64,000 bases of DNA from a virus. Shown one piece after another: positions 9,703 to 20,296 of the stretch; the first letter of the stretch is position 1, and every line of letters begins with the position of its first letter. The translations under genes and the position numbers were made by a program. The notes beneath the pieces were generated by a model. That model was not told the origin of the DNA, did not search any database, and worked only from the letters and a program-made list of their open reading frames with translations. The stretch spans positions 32,732 through 96,731 of IMG/VR virus record IMGVR_UViG_3300035698_007355; one strand, 5' to 3'.

Positions 9703-11766
9703 ATGGAGAATGTTATAATTACTGGTGTGGGTCAAGATGGTTATTATTTAAGTATTAAATTACTTGAGAAAGGTTATAAAGTTATTGGTATTGACCAATG
9801 GCAACATAAAGGTTATAATGATAACTACAAAGAATTAATGGAACATAAGAATTTCAAATTAATAGAAGGAAGTATTACTGATAGATATTTAATGAAACGA
9901 ATTATAAAAGAATATCAACCTAAATATTTTTTTAATACAGCAGCTATTAGTCATGTAGCAGTATCATTTGATATTCCAGAATTAACTTTCGATACAAATA
10001 CTATAGCACCTTTAAACATATTAGAAGAATTGAGACATAATAGTCCTCATACTAGTTTTCTTCAATGTTCTACAAGTGAACAATATGGAGATTTTGAAGA
10101 AACTCCTCAATCAGAAGAAACTAAAATGATGCCTAATAGTCCTTATGCGATTGCTAAAGCAGCTACTTTCTTTATGGTTAAACTTTATAGAAAATATGGA
10201 TTAAAAACATATAATACAATATGCTTTAATCACGAATCAATACCAAAAGAATCATCTATAACATTAAAACATAATAATAGATTACAAATAATACCAATTT
10301 GTGATTTATTTTATAAGCGCGGAGATAGATTTAGAGGATTTAATAAAAAATATATTGGGTCACAAGTATGGGACGGTGATAAATGGACTAAAATAATTGA
10401 TGGTACTTGTTATCAAAAGAAAAATAAACCTATGAAACTTATTCAAACCAGAGATGCTTGTTATGAGTCTACACTTGAACATAAAACATTTTTAAATGAT
10501 AATTCAGAAATAAATACTGAAGATGTTAAAAAAGGCGATGTGGTATATGAAACATTTGACCCAATTATAAAAGAATATGAAACTATAGATAAAGATTTAG
10601 CATACGCTATTGGATTTATAGTAGGCGATGGATATGTTTCTAAATCTGGTTATATAAGATTAACTGGATGTGATAAAAAAGAAATAACAAAAATTGCGAA
10701 TATTATCAAAAATAAATTTGGATGGTCTTATAGAACTTATAATTCCGGACCAGGAAATTGGGAAAATTGTGTAAATGATGTATATCAAATCGATTTTAAT
10801 AATGATGTAAATTTTGGATTATGGTTACGAAATTCAATATATTCAAAAAATACAAATAAAAAAATTGTTCCAGAATACATATTAAATGGAAATACCGATA
10901 TTAAGTTAGGATTTTTTAAAGGGTATTATTTAGCAGATGGAAGAAAAACTGGTAATGAAACATATGAATTTAAAGGATTTACTACAAATTCTCAAGCCCT
11001 ATGTATGGGGTTAAATCACATTTGTAAATTAGTATTAAATCAAATACCAAAAACTAAATGTGTTATAAAAGGAGATAAAAGATATTATTATACACAATTA
11101 AGAAATACTAATACAAACCTAGGGAAAGGCGCTATTAAAAAACTAAATGAAGTAATATCTATAAAAAATACTAAAAATCCAGATAATTGGTTTTTTGATA
11201 TTCAAACAGAATCAAAAGCATTTGTAACTGGACCAAATACTTTTAAAGTTCATAACAGTGAAATTAGACCTGATAATTTTGTTACAAGAAAAATTACAAA
11301 GACTCTAGCTGAAATGATGGTTGGTAAAGCAGATAAACTAACTTTAGGAAATATGGATGCAAAAAGAGATTGGGGATATGCTCCAGACTTTATCGATGGT
11401 ATGATTACTATTATGGAGTCAGACGAGCCAGATGATTACGTTTTAGCTACAGGCGAGACACATACTGTTAGAGAATTTGTAGAAGCAGCTATTAAAGCAC
11501 TTGGTCTAGATATTGTTTGGGAAGGAACTGGCGTTAATGAGAAGGGCTCGATTTTAGCAAGAGACCAAAACGGAAATCCTATAATAATCAAGAAAGATGC
11601 AGTAGTTGTAAACAAAGATTTTTATAGACCAGCAGAAGTAAATGTCTTATTAGGAGACCCTACTAAGATAAAAGAAAAATTAGGTTGGGAACCAACAACT
11701 AAATTTACAGAACTAGTTGCTAAAATGGTTAAGAATGACTTATTATTATGTGAGGAACAAAAATGA
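9703..11766 (+). CDS. gmd: GDP-mannose 4,6-dehydratase, intein-containing
   Basis: ITGVGQDG, AAISHV..SF, STSE, PNSPYAIAK, FNHE|S, FVTRKIT, RDWGYA, YRPAEV. Confidence 0.92.
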   Translation: MENVIITGVGQDGYYLSIKLLEKGYKVIGIDQWQHKGYNDNYKELMEHKNFKLIEGSITDRYLMKRIIKEYQPKYFFNTAAISHVAVSFDIPELTFDTNTIAPLNILEELRHNSPHTSFLQCSTSEQYGDFEETPQSEETKMMPNSPYAIAKAATFFMVKLYRKYGLKTYNTICFNHESIPKESSITLKHNNRLQIIPICDLFYKRGDRFRGFNKKYIGSQVWDGDKWTKIIDGTCYQKKNKPMKLIQTRDACYESTLEHKTFLNDNSEINTEDVKKGDVVYETFDPIIKEYETIDKDLAYAIGFIVGDGYVSKSGYIRLTGCDKKEITKIANIIKNKFGWSYRTYNSGPGNWENCVNDVYQIDFNNDVNFGLWLRNSIYSKNTNKKIVPEYILNGNTDIKLGFFKGYYLADGRKTGNETYEFKGFTTNSQALCMGLNHICKLVLNQIPKTKCVIKGDKRYYYTQLRNTNTNLGKGAIKKLNEVISIKNTKNPDNWFFDIQTESKAFVTGPNTFKVHNSEIRPDNFVTRKITKTLAEMMVGKADKLTLGNMDAKRDWGYAPDFIDGMITIMESDEPDDYVLATGETHTVREFVEAAIKALGLDIVWEGTGVNEKGSILARDQNGNPIIIKKDAVVVNKDFYRPAEVNVLLGDPTKIKEKLGWEPTTKFTELVAKMVKNDLLLCEEQK
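10237..11256 (+). mobile_element. Intein with LAGLIDADG endonuclease in Gmd (340 aa)
   Basis: Interrupts FNHE|SEIR; starts SIPKES, ends KVHN before Ser; motifs IGFIVGDG and KGYYLADG. Confidence 0.88.
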
Positions 11767-12791
11767 ATAAATTAAAAATTGGATTTGCAGACAACCTCTA
11801 TGGAACCCCAAAAGGCCATAGTTATGTTGTCAGAGATATGGTTAAAATATTTAAAGATGAAGGACATGAAACTCATATGTACAGAATAGGAGACAATCCT
11901 ATAGATGTAGAATTTGATATCCCAGACACTATAAAATCTTTTACAGGTAGAAATTTACCAAAAGATGAATTTATAGCTTGGATTAAAGAAAAAAAACTTG
12001 ATTATTGTGTATTTATGGAATATCAACAATGGTGGAATGAAGATTATGATAAACTTCAAGTATGTAAAGACCTTGGAGTTAAAACAGCAGGATTTTTAGT
12101 ATGGGAAAAACTAGATTGGGATAAATTAGAGCATTATAAATTATATACTAAAATATTATGTCCTACAGGATTTCAAACTAGATTATTAAGAGGAAAAGGG
12201 CTTATGAACGCAGTACATACTCCTTGGGGAGTATTTAAAGATGAAATAGATAAAGTATTTATGCCTGAACGAGAAGATGATAACGTAGTATTTTATCATT
12301 GTGCAGGTAGTGGTGGAGTAGAAAATAGAAAAAATACAGATGCTGTAGTAGAAGCATATAATAAAATAAAAGATGGAAATACAAGATTACAAATGACACA
12401 CTTAGGTAAAAAAGTATTTAATAGAAAAGAAATAATATCTTTTATGAAATACTCAGATGTATTAATAAATACTGCTAAATGGGACACTATAGGATTAAAT
12501 TCATTAGAAGCTAATATGTGTGGTAGTCCAGCAATAGTAGTTGATATGGACCCCATGAATGAATTGGTTAAGAATAATACTAATGGATTTACAGTCCCTG
12601 GAAAACTAGGAGAAAGTAGAATAGTTACTTGCCCTATTTATAATGTTGACGTTGATGAACTAGCTAAAAAAATGGAAATATGTAAAAATAAGATAGTTTT
12701 AGATACTCTTAAAAGTAGTTCAAGAAAATTTGCAGAAATTAACTTTGATTGGGATATTAATAAAGAATTTCTTTTAAAACATTTTAAATGA
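11763..12791 (+). CDS. Glycosyltransferase family 4
   Basis: SDVLINTAKWDTIGLNSLEANMCGSP, RKN motif. Confidence 0.8.
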   Translation: MNKLKIGFADNLYGTPKGHSYVVRDMVKIFKDEGHETHMYRIGDNPIDVEFDIPDTIKSFTGRNLPKDEFIAWIKEKKLDYCVFMEYQQWWNEDYDKLQVCKDLGVKTAGFLVWEKLDWDKLEHYKLYTKILCPTGFQTRLLRGKGLMNAVHTPWGVFKDEIDKVFMPEREDDNVVFYHCAGSGGVENRKNTDAVVEAYNKIKDGNTRLQMTHLGKKVFNRKEIISFMKYSDVLINTAKWDTIGLNSLEANMCGSPAIVVDMDPMNELVKNNTNGFTVPGKLGESRIVTCPIYNVDVDELAKKMEICKNKIVLDTLKSSSRKFAEINFDWDINKEFLLKHFK

Positions 12792-12800
12792 GGTGTAATA

Positions 12801-13004
12801 ATGAAAAATAGTTGTCCTTTTAAGGACGAATTAATTGAGATAATACAAATGAAGACTGCTCCAATATGTTTTCATTGTGGTAATCCTTATATTAGGGATT
12901 TAATACATTGTGGGGCTTACCATAATACGTGGATGCCTAATTGTAAATGTCTCAGTAAAACAACAATAAGAATAGTAACTGGAAATGGATTTAGAATCGA
13001 ATAG
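12801..13004 (+). CDS. Small Cys-rich protein
   Basis: CFHC and CKC; GAGGTG RBS. Confidence 0.5.
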   Translation: MKNSCPFKDELIEIIQMKTAPICFHCGNPYIRDLIHCGAYHNTWMPNCKCLSKTTIRIVTGNGFRIE

Positions 13005-13012
13005 GTGAAAAA

Positions 13013-14092
13013 ATGATAAGAATAGGAGATTTCATTCCTGAGAAGAAACATATAGACGCAGTTCTAGAAGTTATTAAATCAGGACGTATAACAGAAGGCT
13101 CAAAAGTTAAAGAACTAGAGAAAGTTATGGCTAAATACCTAGATGTAAAACACGCAATACTTACAACAAATGGAACAGTAGCTTTACAATTAGTAGCAAC
13201 ATATCTAAGACATAGAGACAAAGATAATGTTAATACAGCTATTCCAGCTATGACATTTCCAGCAACTATAAATGCATTTGCTGTTGGTGGATTTCCAGTA
13301 GCTCTAGTAGATATTAAAGAAGATTTACAAATAGATATTGGTAAAATCACAGATGAAATGAAACCAAATATTGATATTATAGTACCTGTACATCTTATGG
13401 GGTATACAGCAGATATGGATAAAATTATGGCTGACGCTGAGAAATATGGTTGGACAGTTGTTGAAGACGCTTGTGAAGCGTTTGGGTCAGAATATAAAGG
13501 TAAAAAAGTAGGAACTATAGGACACTTTGGTTGTTTTAGTTTTTATGTATCACATAACATAACAGCAGGAGAACTTGGTATGGTTGTAACAAACGATGAC
13601 GAAGCTGCTAAAATTATGAGAAGTATGAAGAATCACGGAAGAACAGGAGATTCAATGAAATTCCTACACGGATATATTGGGTCTAATTATAAAACAACAG
13701 AATTCACAGCAGCTATAGGATTAGCTAATATGGAGAATGTTAATGATATTATATCTGAGAGAAAAGCAAATTGTCAATACTTTTTAGATAATATCAAGAA
13801 TGATAATTTAATATTATTTCCAGTACCAGAAGGGTTTAGTCCATTAGGATATCCTATAAAATGCTTAACCCCTAAATATAGAACAAAGATTTGTAAAAAA
13901 TTAAATGATAATAATATTGAAACAAGAGACATCTTTCCTTGTCTAGCTAACCAGGACGCGTATAGAGTGCATTTTAGAGACTCTAATCTCCCAGTAGCAG
14001 ATACACTAGAAAAAACTGTTTTCTATATAGGATGTCACCAATTTTTGTCTGAGAGCGATAAGAAGAAAATAATAGAGGTATTATCAGAATGA
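13013..14092 (+). CDS. DegT/DnrJ-family PLP enzyme, His-type (ColD/RfbH-like sugar 3-dehydratase)
   Basis: NGTVAL, VPVHLMG, VEDACEAFG, SFYVSHNITAGELG (His at the usual Schiff-base Lys position). Confidence 0.8.
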   Translation: MIRIGDFIPEKKHIDAVLEVIKSGRITEGSKVKELEKVMAKYLDVKHAILTTNGTVALQLVATYLRHRDKDNVNTAIPAMTFPATINAFAVGGFPVALVDIKEDLQIDIGKITDEMKPNIDIIVPVHLMGYTADMDKIMADAEKYGWTVVEDACEAFGSEYKGKKVGTIGHFGCFSFYVSHNITAGELGMVVTNDDEAAKIMRSMKNHGRTGDSMKFLHGYIGSNYKTTEFTAAIGLANMENVNDIISERKANCQYFLDNIKNDNLILFPVPEGFSPLGYPIKCLTPKYRTKICKKLNDNNIETRDIFPCLANQDAYRVHFRDSNLPVADTLEKTVFYIGCHQFLSESDKKKIIEVLSE

Positions 14093-15165
14093 AATTATTA
14101 TATATAGCATTAGACTCATTAAATCATTCAATAAGGATTTGTAACGAACTAGTTAAGAAAGGATATGAAATAACCTTAGTTGCTATGGATGAAGATTATT
14201 ATGATAATGAAAATATTCCAATTCCAGATAAAAAAATTAAATTAATTCAAGATACTTTAAAAAACATTGAAAATCCTGAAACATTTCCATATGATAAAGT
14301 TAAAGAAAAATACGATATGATATTTGGGTCAACAATGAGATGTGCTCCAATATGTTCAGTATTAAAAGGTAAAATGAAAATTCCTTGGTATAATATGGTA
14401 TTAGATATACCAACTCATTTACTTATGAGATATAAAGCACGTAGAGAATTATGGGAGACAATATATTTACCATCATTAGACTATGCAGATAAAATATTAC
14501 TTAATACTAATATTGCTATGAGTGAATATAAACGAATAACTGGTAATAGAGCTAAACCTTGTGATGTAGTAACTTATCCAACACACTTACCAAGTAAGTT
14601 CTTTATGGAAGGACTTGGAAAAAGAGGTGACTATGTTATATCAGTTGGAAGATTAGTTGCTGAAAAAAACTTTATTATTATTCCAATAGCATTATCAATG
14701 ATTAAAGGAATTAATAAATATGTAGCGATAGGACCTGACAAAGGCCAATTACAAAAAATAAAAGATATGTGCAAGCAATATGGAGTAGAATTCGAACATT
14801 ATACAAATGTATCAGGAGAAAAAAAGATGGAACTCATAAGTAAAAGCGCAATGATGATTTATCCACAACATACTGAATATATTGGTGGATTACCACCTTA
14901 TGAAGGAATGTTTTGTGGAAAACCAGTAATTTGTTCAATGTATAAAATCTTAATAGATTTATATGGACCAAATGCATTATATTTTACACCAGGGGAAGTT
15001 TTAGAGCTTGCAAAGAATATTTCATTTGTTATGAGTTGTAAAGATGAACTTTATGAAAGGTTAGGACAAAATGCAGCAGAATTTGCTGAAATTGAAGCTG
15101 GATACGAGAAATTTGCAGATGGTCTGCATAATTTTTTAGAAAATAAAAAAGAGGAAGAAAAATGA
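14089..15165 (+). CDS. Glycosyltransferase family 4
   Basis: SVGRLVAEKN, GGLPPYEGMFCGKPVICS. Confidence 0.8.
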   Translation: MKLLYIALDSLNHSIRICNELVKKGYEITLVAMDEDYYDNENIPIPDKKIKLIQDTLKNIENPETFPYDKVKEKYDMIFGSTMRCAPICSVLKGKMKIPWYNMVLDIPTHLLMRYKARRELWETIYLPSLDYADKILLNTNIAMSEYKRITGNRAKPCDVVTYPTHLPSKFFMEGLGKRGDYVISVGRLVAEKNFIIIPIALSMIKGINKYVAIGPDKGQLQKIKDMCKQYGVEFEHYTNVSGEKKMELISKSAMMIYPQHTEYIGGLPPYEGMFCGKPVICSMYKILIDLYGPNALYFTPGEVLELAKNISFVMSCKDELYERLGQNAAEFAEIEAGYEKFADGLHNFLENKKEEEK

Positions 15166-15316
15166 ATAGTAATACAACAGATATTAAATATACATTTACA
15201 TATGTACCACCATTCCGTTATTATGAAGAATGTGATTGTGATATATGTCCGTGTTGTGGTAAACGAAGACGAAGAAGTCTAGATAAGCCTTGGATAGTAA
15301 CTTGCGGAGGACAACA

Positions 15317-16318
15317 ATGAGTGATATTTTATTAGCTTGTCCTATGGAGGATGGACAATCAGGAACATTTATACAAGAAGCTCTATTAGAGTTAGATTAT
15401 AGAGTAGCAGTATTTGATTGGAGAAAATTCGGAAATACATATGGGCAAGAAGGATTAAATAAAGAATTTATAGATGCTCACAAAAAACTTAAACCAGATT
15501 TAACAATTATAATTAAGGGTGGCGGGATAGAATCAACTACAATAGATAAAATTAAAAAATTCCATAAAGGAAAAATTGTTGGATGGATATTTGATGTTAC
15601 TTTAGGAGGAATTTACATAAAAGATATACCACGATATGTAGATTTTTGTAAATCATTAGATATTTTTTTCACAATAGACGCAGAAGCAGTTCCAGAGTTA
15701 AATAAACTCGGAATTAATTGTAAATGGCTTCCACAAGGGTTTTTTGAACCACTATATAGAGAACAAGTGTTTAATTATGTTCAAAAAAAGAGATTTGGGT
15801 CAGATATAGCATTTATTGGTTCAGTTGGGTCATTTCATCCAGAAAGAGAGAAATTTTTAAAAAGATTACACCAAGAAGGGTTTTATTTCAAAATTTATGG
15901 CGAAGTTTTATATCCAGAAGGTAAAGAACCTGATTGGGTAGTAGAACATCATACAGGATTTGCTGTAAAGAATGATATACACTCAGTTGTAGTTGGGTCA
16001 AGTAAAATTATGATAGGATTAGATGGTTGGCCTCATAGAGACAAGTCGTATTCACTTAGACTTTATAAAACATTAGGAGCAGGCGGATTTTATTTAATGA
16101 ATCATACAAAAAATGTTGAAGAAATATTTACACCAGGAGTTCACCTTGATACTTTCAAAGATGAAGATGAAATGGTTGAAAAAATCATAGAATATTTAAA
16201 TGATGATGATTTGAGAGAAAAAATAGCAAAGGATGGGCAAGAAGAGGTATTAAAAAATCACACACAGGAGGTTGTAATGAAAAAACTATTAAAGGGAGTG
16301 TTAGAATTAACGGAATAA
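15317..16318 (+). CDS. CgeB-like glycosyltransferase
   Basis: DIAFIGS, SLRLYKTLGAGGFYL, LREKIAKDGQEEVLKNHT. Confidence 0.75.
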   Translation: MSDILLACPMEDGQSGTFIQEALLELDYRVAVFDWRKFGNTYGQEGLNKEFIDAHKKLKPDLTIIIKGGGIESTTIDKIKKFHKGKIVGWIFDVTLGGIYIKDIPRYVDFCKSLDIFFTIDAEAVPELNKLGINCKWLPQGFFEPLYREQVFNYVQKKRFGSDIAFIGSVGSFHPEREKFLKRLHQEGFYFKIYGEVLYPEGKEPDWVVEHHTGFAVKNDIHSVVVGSSKIMIGLDGWPHRDKSYSLRLYKTLGAGGFYLMNHTKNVEEIFTPGVHLDTFKDEDEMVEKIIEYLNDDDLREKIAKDGQEEVLKNHTQEVVMKKLLKGVLELTE

Positions 16319-16337
16319 CCGAAACATTTATATAGTT
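16319..16337 (+). promoter_or_regulatory. BRE-TATA promoter of terminase (leaderless)
   Basis: CCGAAACATTTATATAGTT; ATG 16359 about 25 nt after TATA. Confidence 0.75.
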
Positions 16338-16358
16338 GATATTACATAACATAATAAT

Positions 16359-18014
16359 ATGCGAACATATAAGGAAATGATTAAGGATTACTTAATCTGG
16401 TTCAATCAACGACAAAAGGAACAGGGAACACCCGAAGAAAACTTAGATGATTATTTTAGAGAAGAATCACAAGAAGCTACAGTAAAAAAAGGTAAAGTTT
16501 GGGCAGAAATATTAAGATTGTCTTATTTACCAGAAGAAGGGATATTTTGGTTCACAAAATTCATTTTAGGAGACTTAATGTATGCAGGATATCCAAATCC
16601 AATACGATTTAACCATTTATGGTGGAAATGGACTAAAATAGCCAATTCCGGTGACCATATTTCAATAAAATGTTCAAGACAGCATGGAAAATCAACATAT
16701 TGGACTGTTTTACAATCGATTTATAGGACAAGTATGTTTGAACATTATAATGTACTAATAGAATCAGCTTCAGAAGACCAAGCAGTAATGCTTATGGGAT
16801 ATATTGTTAATATAATTAATAATAATGAATTCCTGCAAAATAAAAAAGCTAAAAGTGCTAAATGGAGTACAACAGAGATTAGTTTTAATGGTGGAAAAAT
16901 AGTTGGTAAGGGTGTAGGGTCAGAAGTTAGAGGTGGAACTTATGATTATATAGTTGCTGACGATATTTTACGTTCAGATAATAAATTAGGTGATGATGAC
17001 ATAGAAAAATTCGTTGGAGAAGAGCTAGAAGCTATGATTTTCGTCCGAAAAGGACAAATGGTGCTTGTAGGGACTCCAAAATCAGAATCAGACATATTTT
17101 CAACGATTGATGAACGAATTTACAATGGGTCATCAGGTTGGAAACAATATACTTATCCAGCAATATTAAATTGGGACACTAAAGAAATATTATGTCCTGA
17201 TAGGTTTACTTGGGACCAATTAATGCGAAAAAGACAAATTATGGGTAATATGAAATTCGATAAAGAATTTATGTGTCAAACTTATAGCAGTGGGTCACAA
17301 TTATTTCCTAATGAGTTGCGTAAACTAGCAATGGATAAAGGAAAACAATATAAATTATATTCAAAGGCGAAGCCTGAAGAAATTAGTAAAATAGCATATT
17401 ATATTGGGGTAGACGTTGCACGAGCTGGTACAGCTAGCGCAGATTATACAGTAGCAACTGTAATAGCTTATAACACAGAAGACCAAACCAAACGAGTTGT
17501 ATGGTTATGGAGAAAAAAAGGTTTAAAAATAAATGAACAAGTAAGTCAAATAGCTGAAATATCAAAACAATTTAATAATCCAGTAATTTTAGTAGAACAG
17601 AATAATATTGGACAAGACTTTATAGATGAGATGGTAGATAACTACAATTTAAATGTAGAAGCATTTCTCACAACTAAAGGTAGTAAATATGAAGATTTGA
17701 TTAGATATTTAGTAGCAGCGTTTGAAAATGAGAAAATCATATTACCAACAGGTAACGATTTTAGTAAAGAAGTCATTAAAGATTTAGATAGGGAATTGGA
17801 AAGATTTGTAGTTGAAATCACAAAAGCTGGCAACGAAGTATTTAAAGGGTCAGGACATTCACATGATGATATGGTGATAAGTCTTGCATTAGCTAATAGG
17901 TGTACTCAAAGTTATGGGTATTCACCATTTTCAAGTTCGTTGTCAACTAAAAAATCATCTGCTTTAGAGAATTTTGCAGCAACCGGGGATTTAAGAGAAG
18001 TACTTAGATTTTAG
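16359..18014 (+). CDS. terL: Terminase large subunit
   Basis: Walker A SRQHGKS, Walker B YIVADD, VGTP, nuclease IGVDVA and HDDMVISLALA. Confidence 0.92.
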   Translation: MRTYKEMIKDYLIWFNQRQKEQGTPEENLDDYFREESQEATVKKGKVWAEILRLSYLPEEGIFWFTKFILGDLMYAGYPNPIRFNHLWWKWTKIANSGDHISIKCSRQHGKSTYWTVLQSIYRTSMFEHYNVLIESASEDQAVMLMGYIVNIINNNEFLQNKKAKSAKWSTTEISFNGGKIVGKGVGSEVRGGTYDYIVADDILRSDNKLGDDDIEKFVGEELEAMIFVRKGQMVLVGTPKSESDIFSTIDERIYNGSSGWKQYTYPAILNWDTKEILCPDRFTWDQLMRKRQIMGNMKFDKEFMCQTYSSGSQLFPNELRKLAMDKGKQYKLYSKAKPEEISKIAYYIGVDVARAGTASADYTVATVIAYNTEDQTKRVVWLWRKKGLKINEQVSQIAEISKQFNNPVILVEQNNIGQDFIDEMVDNYNLNVEAFLTTKGSKYEDLIRYLVAAFENEKIILPTGNDFSKEVIKDLDRELERFVVEITKAGNEVFKGSGHSHDDMVISLALANRCTQSYGYSPFSSSLSTKKSSALENFAATGDLREVLRF

Positions 18015-18024
18015 GAGGCAATAA

Positions 18025-18843
18025 ATGGCTAAAAAACAAGAGAAGACATTAATAGAGTTATTAGGAGAAAATTTAGACAAACGACATGCACGAGAAGTAA
18101 ATTTAATAAAAGTAGAACTTAAAGATGAAAGACCTATAATAGTACCATTAAGCGATGTGCATTTAGGAAGTCCTGAATGTAATGAAGAACTATTTATGAA
18201 TAATATGCAATGGGTATATGAAAATAAAAATACACATTTAATATTGAATGGTGATTTATTAGAAGCAAGCACAAGAACAAGTGTAGGCGCAGGTGTTTAT
18301 GAACAAAAGCAACACGCTGGTAGCCAACTAGAAAGAATGTTAGACATCCTTAAACCATTTGCGGATGAAGGACGAATAATAGGTATAACAAACGGAAACC
18401 ATGAAGATAGGATATATCAGATGTCTGGTGTGGATATTACTCGTTTAATGGCTAATAACCTGAACGTTCCATACTTTAAGAATGGTGGATTTTTTAAAAT
18501 CAAAGTAGGACCACAAAATTATCATATGTATTTCACACATGGAAGTAGTGGCGCAAGTTTACCATACACAAAAATTAAGAAAACATTGGATTTAGCAAGA
18601 TTTATAAATGTAGATTTATATGGTAATGGACATGTACACGATAGTCAAGTACATACACAAGAATATTTCGGTATAGATAATAGAAGTGGAACAGTAATGA
18701 AACAAACAAGATATTTCGTAATAACAGGACATTACCTTAATTGGGAAGGATATGCACAAATGAAAAGTCTTGTACCAAGTAAACAAGGAACACCTAAAAT
18801 TAAGTTACACTCAGATGAAAAGATGATTCGTGTAAGTTTATAA
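18025..18843 (+). CDS. Calcineurin-like metallophosphoesterase
   Basis: SDVHLG, NGDL, GNHE, THG, GHVH. Confidence 0.85.
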   Translation: MAKKQEKTLIELLGENLDKRHAREVNLIKVELKDERPIIVPLSDVHLGSPECNEELFMNNMQWVYENKNTHLILNGDLLEASTRTSVGAGVYEQKQHAGSQLERMLDILKPFADEGRIIGITNGNHEDRIYQMSGVDITRLMANNLNVPYFKNGGFFKIKVGPQNYHMYFTHGSSGASLPYTKIKKTLDLARFINVDLYGNGHVHDSQVHTQEYFGIDNRSGTVMKQTRYFVITGHYLNWEGYAQMKSLVPSKQGTPKIKLHSDEKMIRVSL

Positions 18844-19104
18844 GATGGTTGAAATATGTGAACCTGAATGTCCATATTGTTATAGTGGAAAAATAGTAAT
18901 GGACACTAATGTTCCAAGTATATTATTTTGTAATAGATGTTTTAAAGAAGTTAAATTAAAGAAATTTGAGAGGTGAAAGACAATGAATTGTCCAGCATGT
19001 GGAATAGGAGAAAAATACCAAATACCAACTAAAACAGAGAACAAAGTTCAGTGTAGAGGGTGTGGTACAATATTTTTTGATAAAACAAAATTATAGAGGT
19101 TAAA

Positions 19105-19314
19105 ATGAGTGAGAAAAAAGAAAGAGTAGGAATAGTTCAAGCAATCACAAATATTGAAGAGTATTTTGTTAAAGAAAAGTTAACAGCTCACGAAATACTT
19201 ATAATATTAAGAGATTTAGAGAATACAGCGATAGTGGCATTAGTTTTAGGTGCACACGAAGAAAGACAAAAAACAAAAGCTAAAGAATTGAAAGATGAAG
19301 CGCCAACTAAATAA
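19105..19314 (+). CDS. Hypothetical protein
   Basis: ORF with GAGGT RBS. Confidence 0.5.
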   Translation: MSEKKERVGIVQAITNIEEYFVKEKLTAHEILIILRDLENTAIVALVLGAHEERQKTKAKELKDEAPTK

Positions 19315-20032
19315 ATTTGATGTCCAAGCTATAAGTGATGGAGTTTTAAATACATTTTTAGTAACTTTTACTAAAGATTCTAAAACACTACAAGCTCACG
19401 ACTATATGATTATAGAAGATGAGGACTTTAAAGGAAAAATACTTGATGTAGGGTGTGGTCCAGGGAAGTTAGCTATAATGGCTAAATTACTCAATGAGGA
19501 CTTAGATATTACTATATTTGATGGCAGTGTTGTTAATTTACAAATAGCTATGTCACTAATATATAATGCAGGGCTTAATGAATATTTTAATAAAAGTATA
19601 AAAGCTGAATTAGGTCTAATTGGAAAGAAATTAGAGCATAGATATGATACTATAGTACTAAATCACATTTTAGAACATTTAGATAGCTTAGATGAAGCGT
19701 TTGACTGGTTAAATGAAATATTAGAGCCTGGTGGAACAATTTTTATAGCAGTTCCTTATAAAGACTTTCATTACAGTCAAAATCACACAAGATTTTTTAA
19801 AGTATCAAGTGATACTAATAATAATGGAATATTAGACCCAGACCATAAGTGTTTTGATATAGATACTTATTTAGATGGTTTAGGAATAGATGCAGAAATA
19901 ACAATATTTGATGAAAGTCAAGTAGACATAAGACAGCCATATAATAGTCGTGGACAATTAGATATGTTAATCAAAATCAAAAAACCTGGTAACGAAGTAG
20001 TATCATCAGACACAATATTAAGCAAACACTGA
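19295..20032 (+). CDS. Class I SAM-dependent methyltransferase
   Basis: ILDVGCGPG, HILEHL, LEPGG..IAVP. Confidence 0.85.
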   Translation: MKRQLNKFDVQAISDGVLNTFLVTFTKDSKTLQAHDYMIIEDEDFKGKILDVGCGPGKLAIMAKLLNEDLDITIFDGSVVNLQIAMSLIYNAGLNEYFNKSIKAELGLIGKKLEHRYDTIVLNHILEHLDSLDEAFDWLNEILEPGGTIFIAVPYKDFHYSQNHTRFFKVSSDTNNNGILDPDHKCFDIDTYLDGLGIDAEITIFDESQVDIRQPYNSRGQLDMLIKIKKPGNEVVSSDTILSKH

Positions 20033-20131
20033 TACCTTTACATACGTTACTCAACCTGACAGAACAAAGTTATACGTAACACACTTACGTACATTAAATC
20101 CTTACCATCATAATTATGCCCTGTAGCATAT

Positions 20132-20205
20132 GCCCTTGTAGCATAATTGGCTAGTGCAGTTGGTTTGTAACCAACAGGTTGTCGGTTCGACTCCGACCAA
20201 GGGCT
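20132..20205 (+). tRNA. tRNA-Thr(UGU)
   Basis: GCCCTTG/CAAGGGC acceptor; GTTGG-TTTGTAA-CCAAC anticodon arm; GTCGG-TTCGACT-CCGAC T arm. Confidence 0.9.
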
Positions 20206-20214
20206 TTTAGTATT

Positions 20215-20289
20215 GGGGCTGTAGCATAATCCGGTTAATGTGCCTGGCTGTTGACCAGAGGATTACAGGTTCAAATCCTGTCGGCTCCG
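20215..20289 (+). tRNA. tRNA-Asn(GUU)
   Basis: GGGGCTG/CGGCTCC acceptor; CTGG-CTGTTGA-CCAG; ACAGG-TTCAAAT-CCTGT. Confidence 0.85.
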
Positions 20290-20296
20290 CTTTTAT

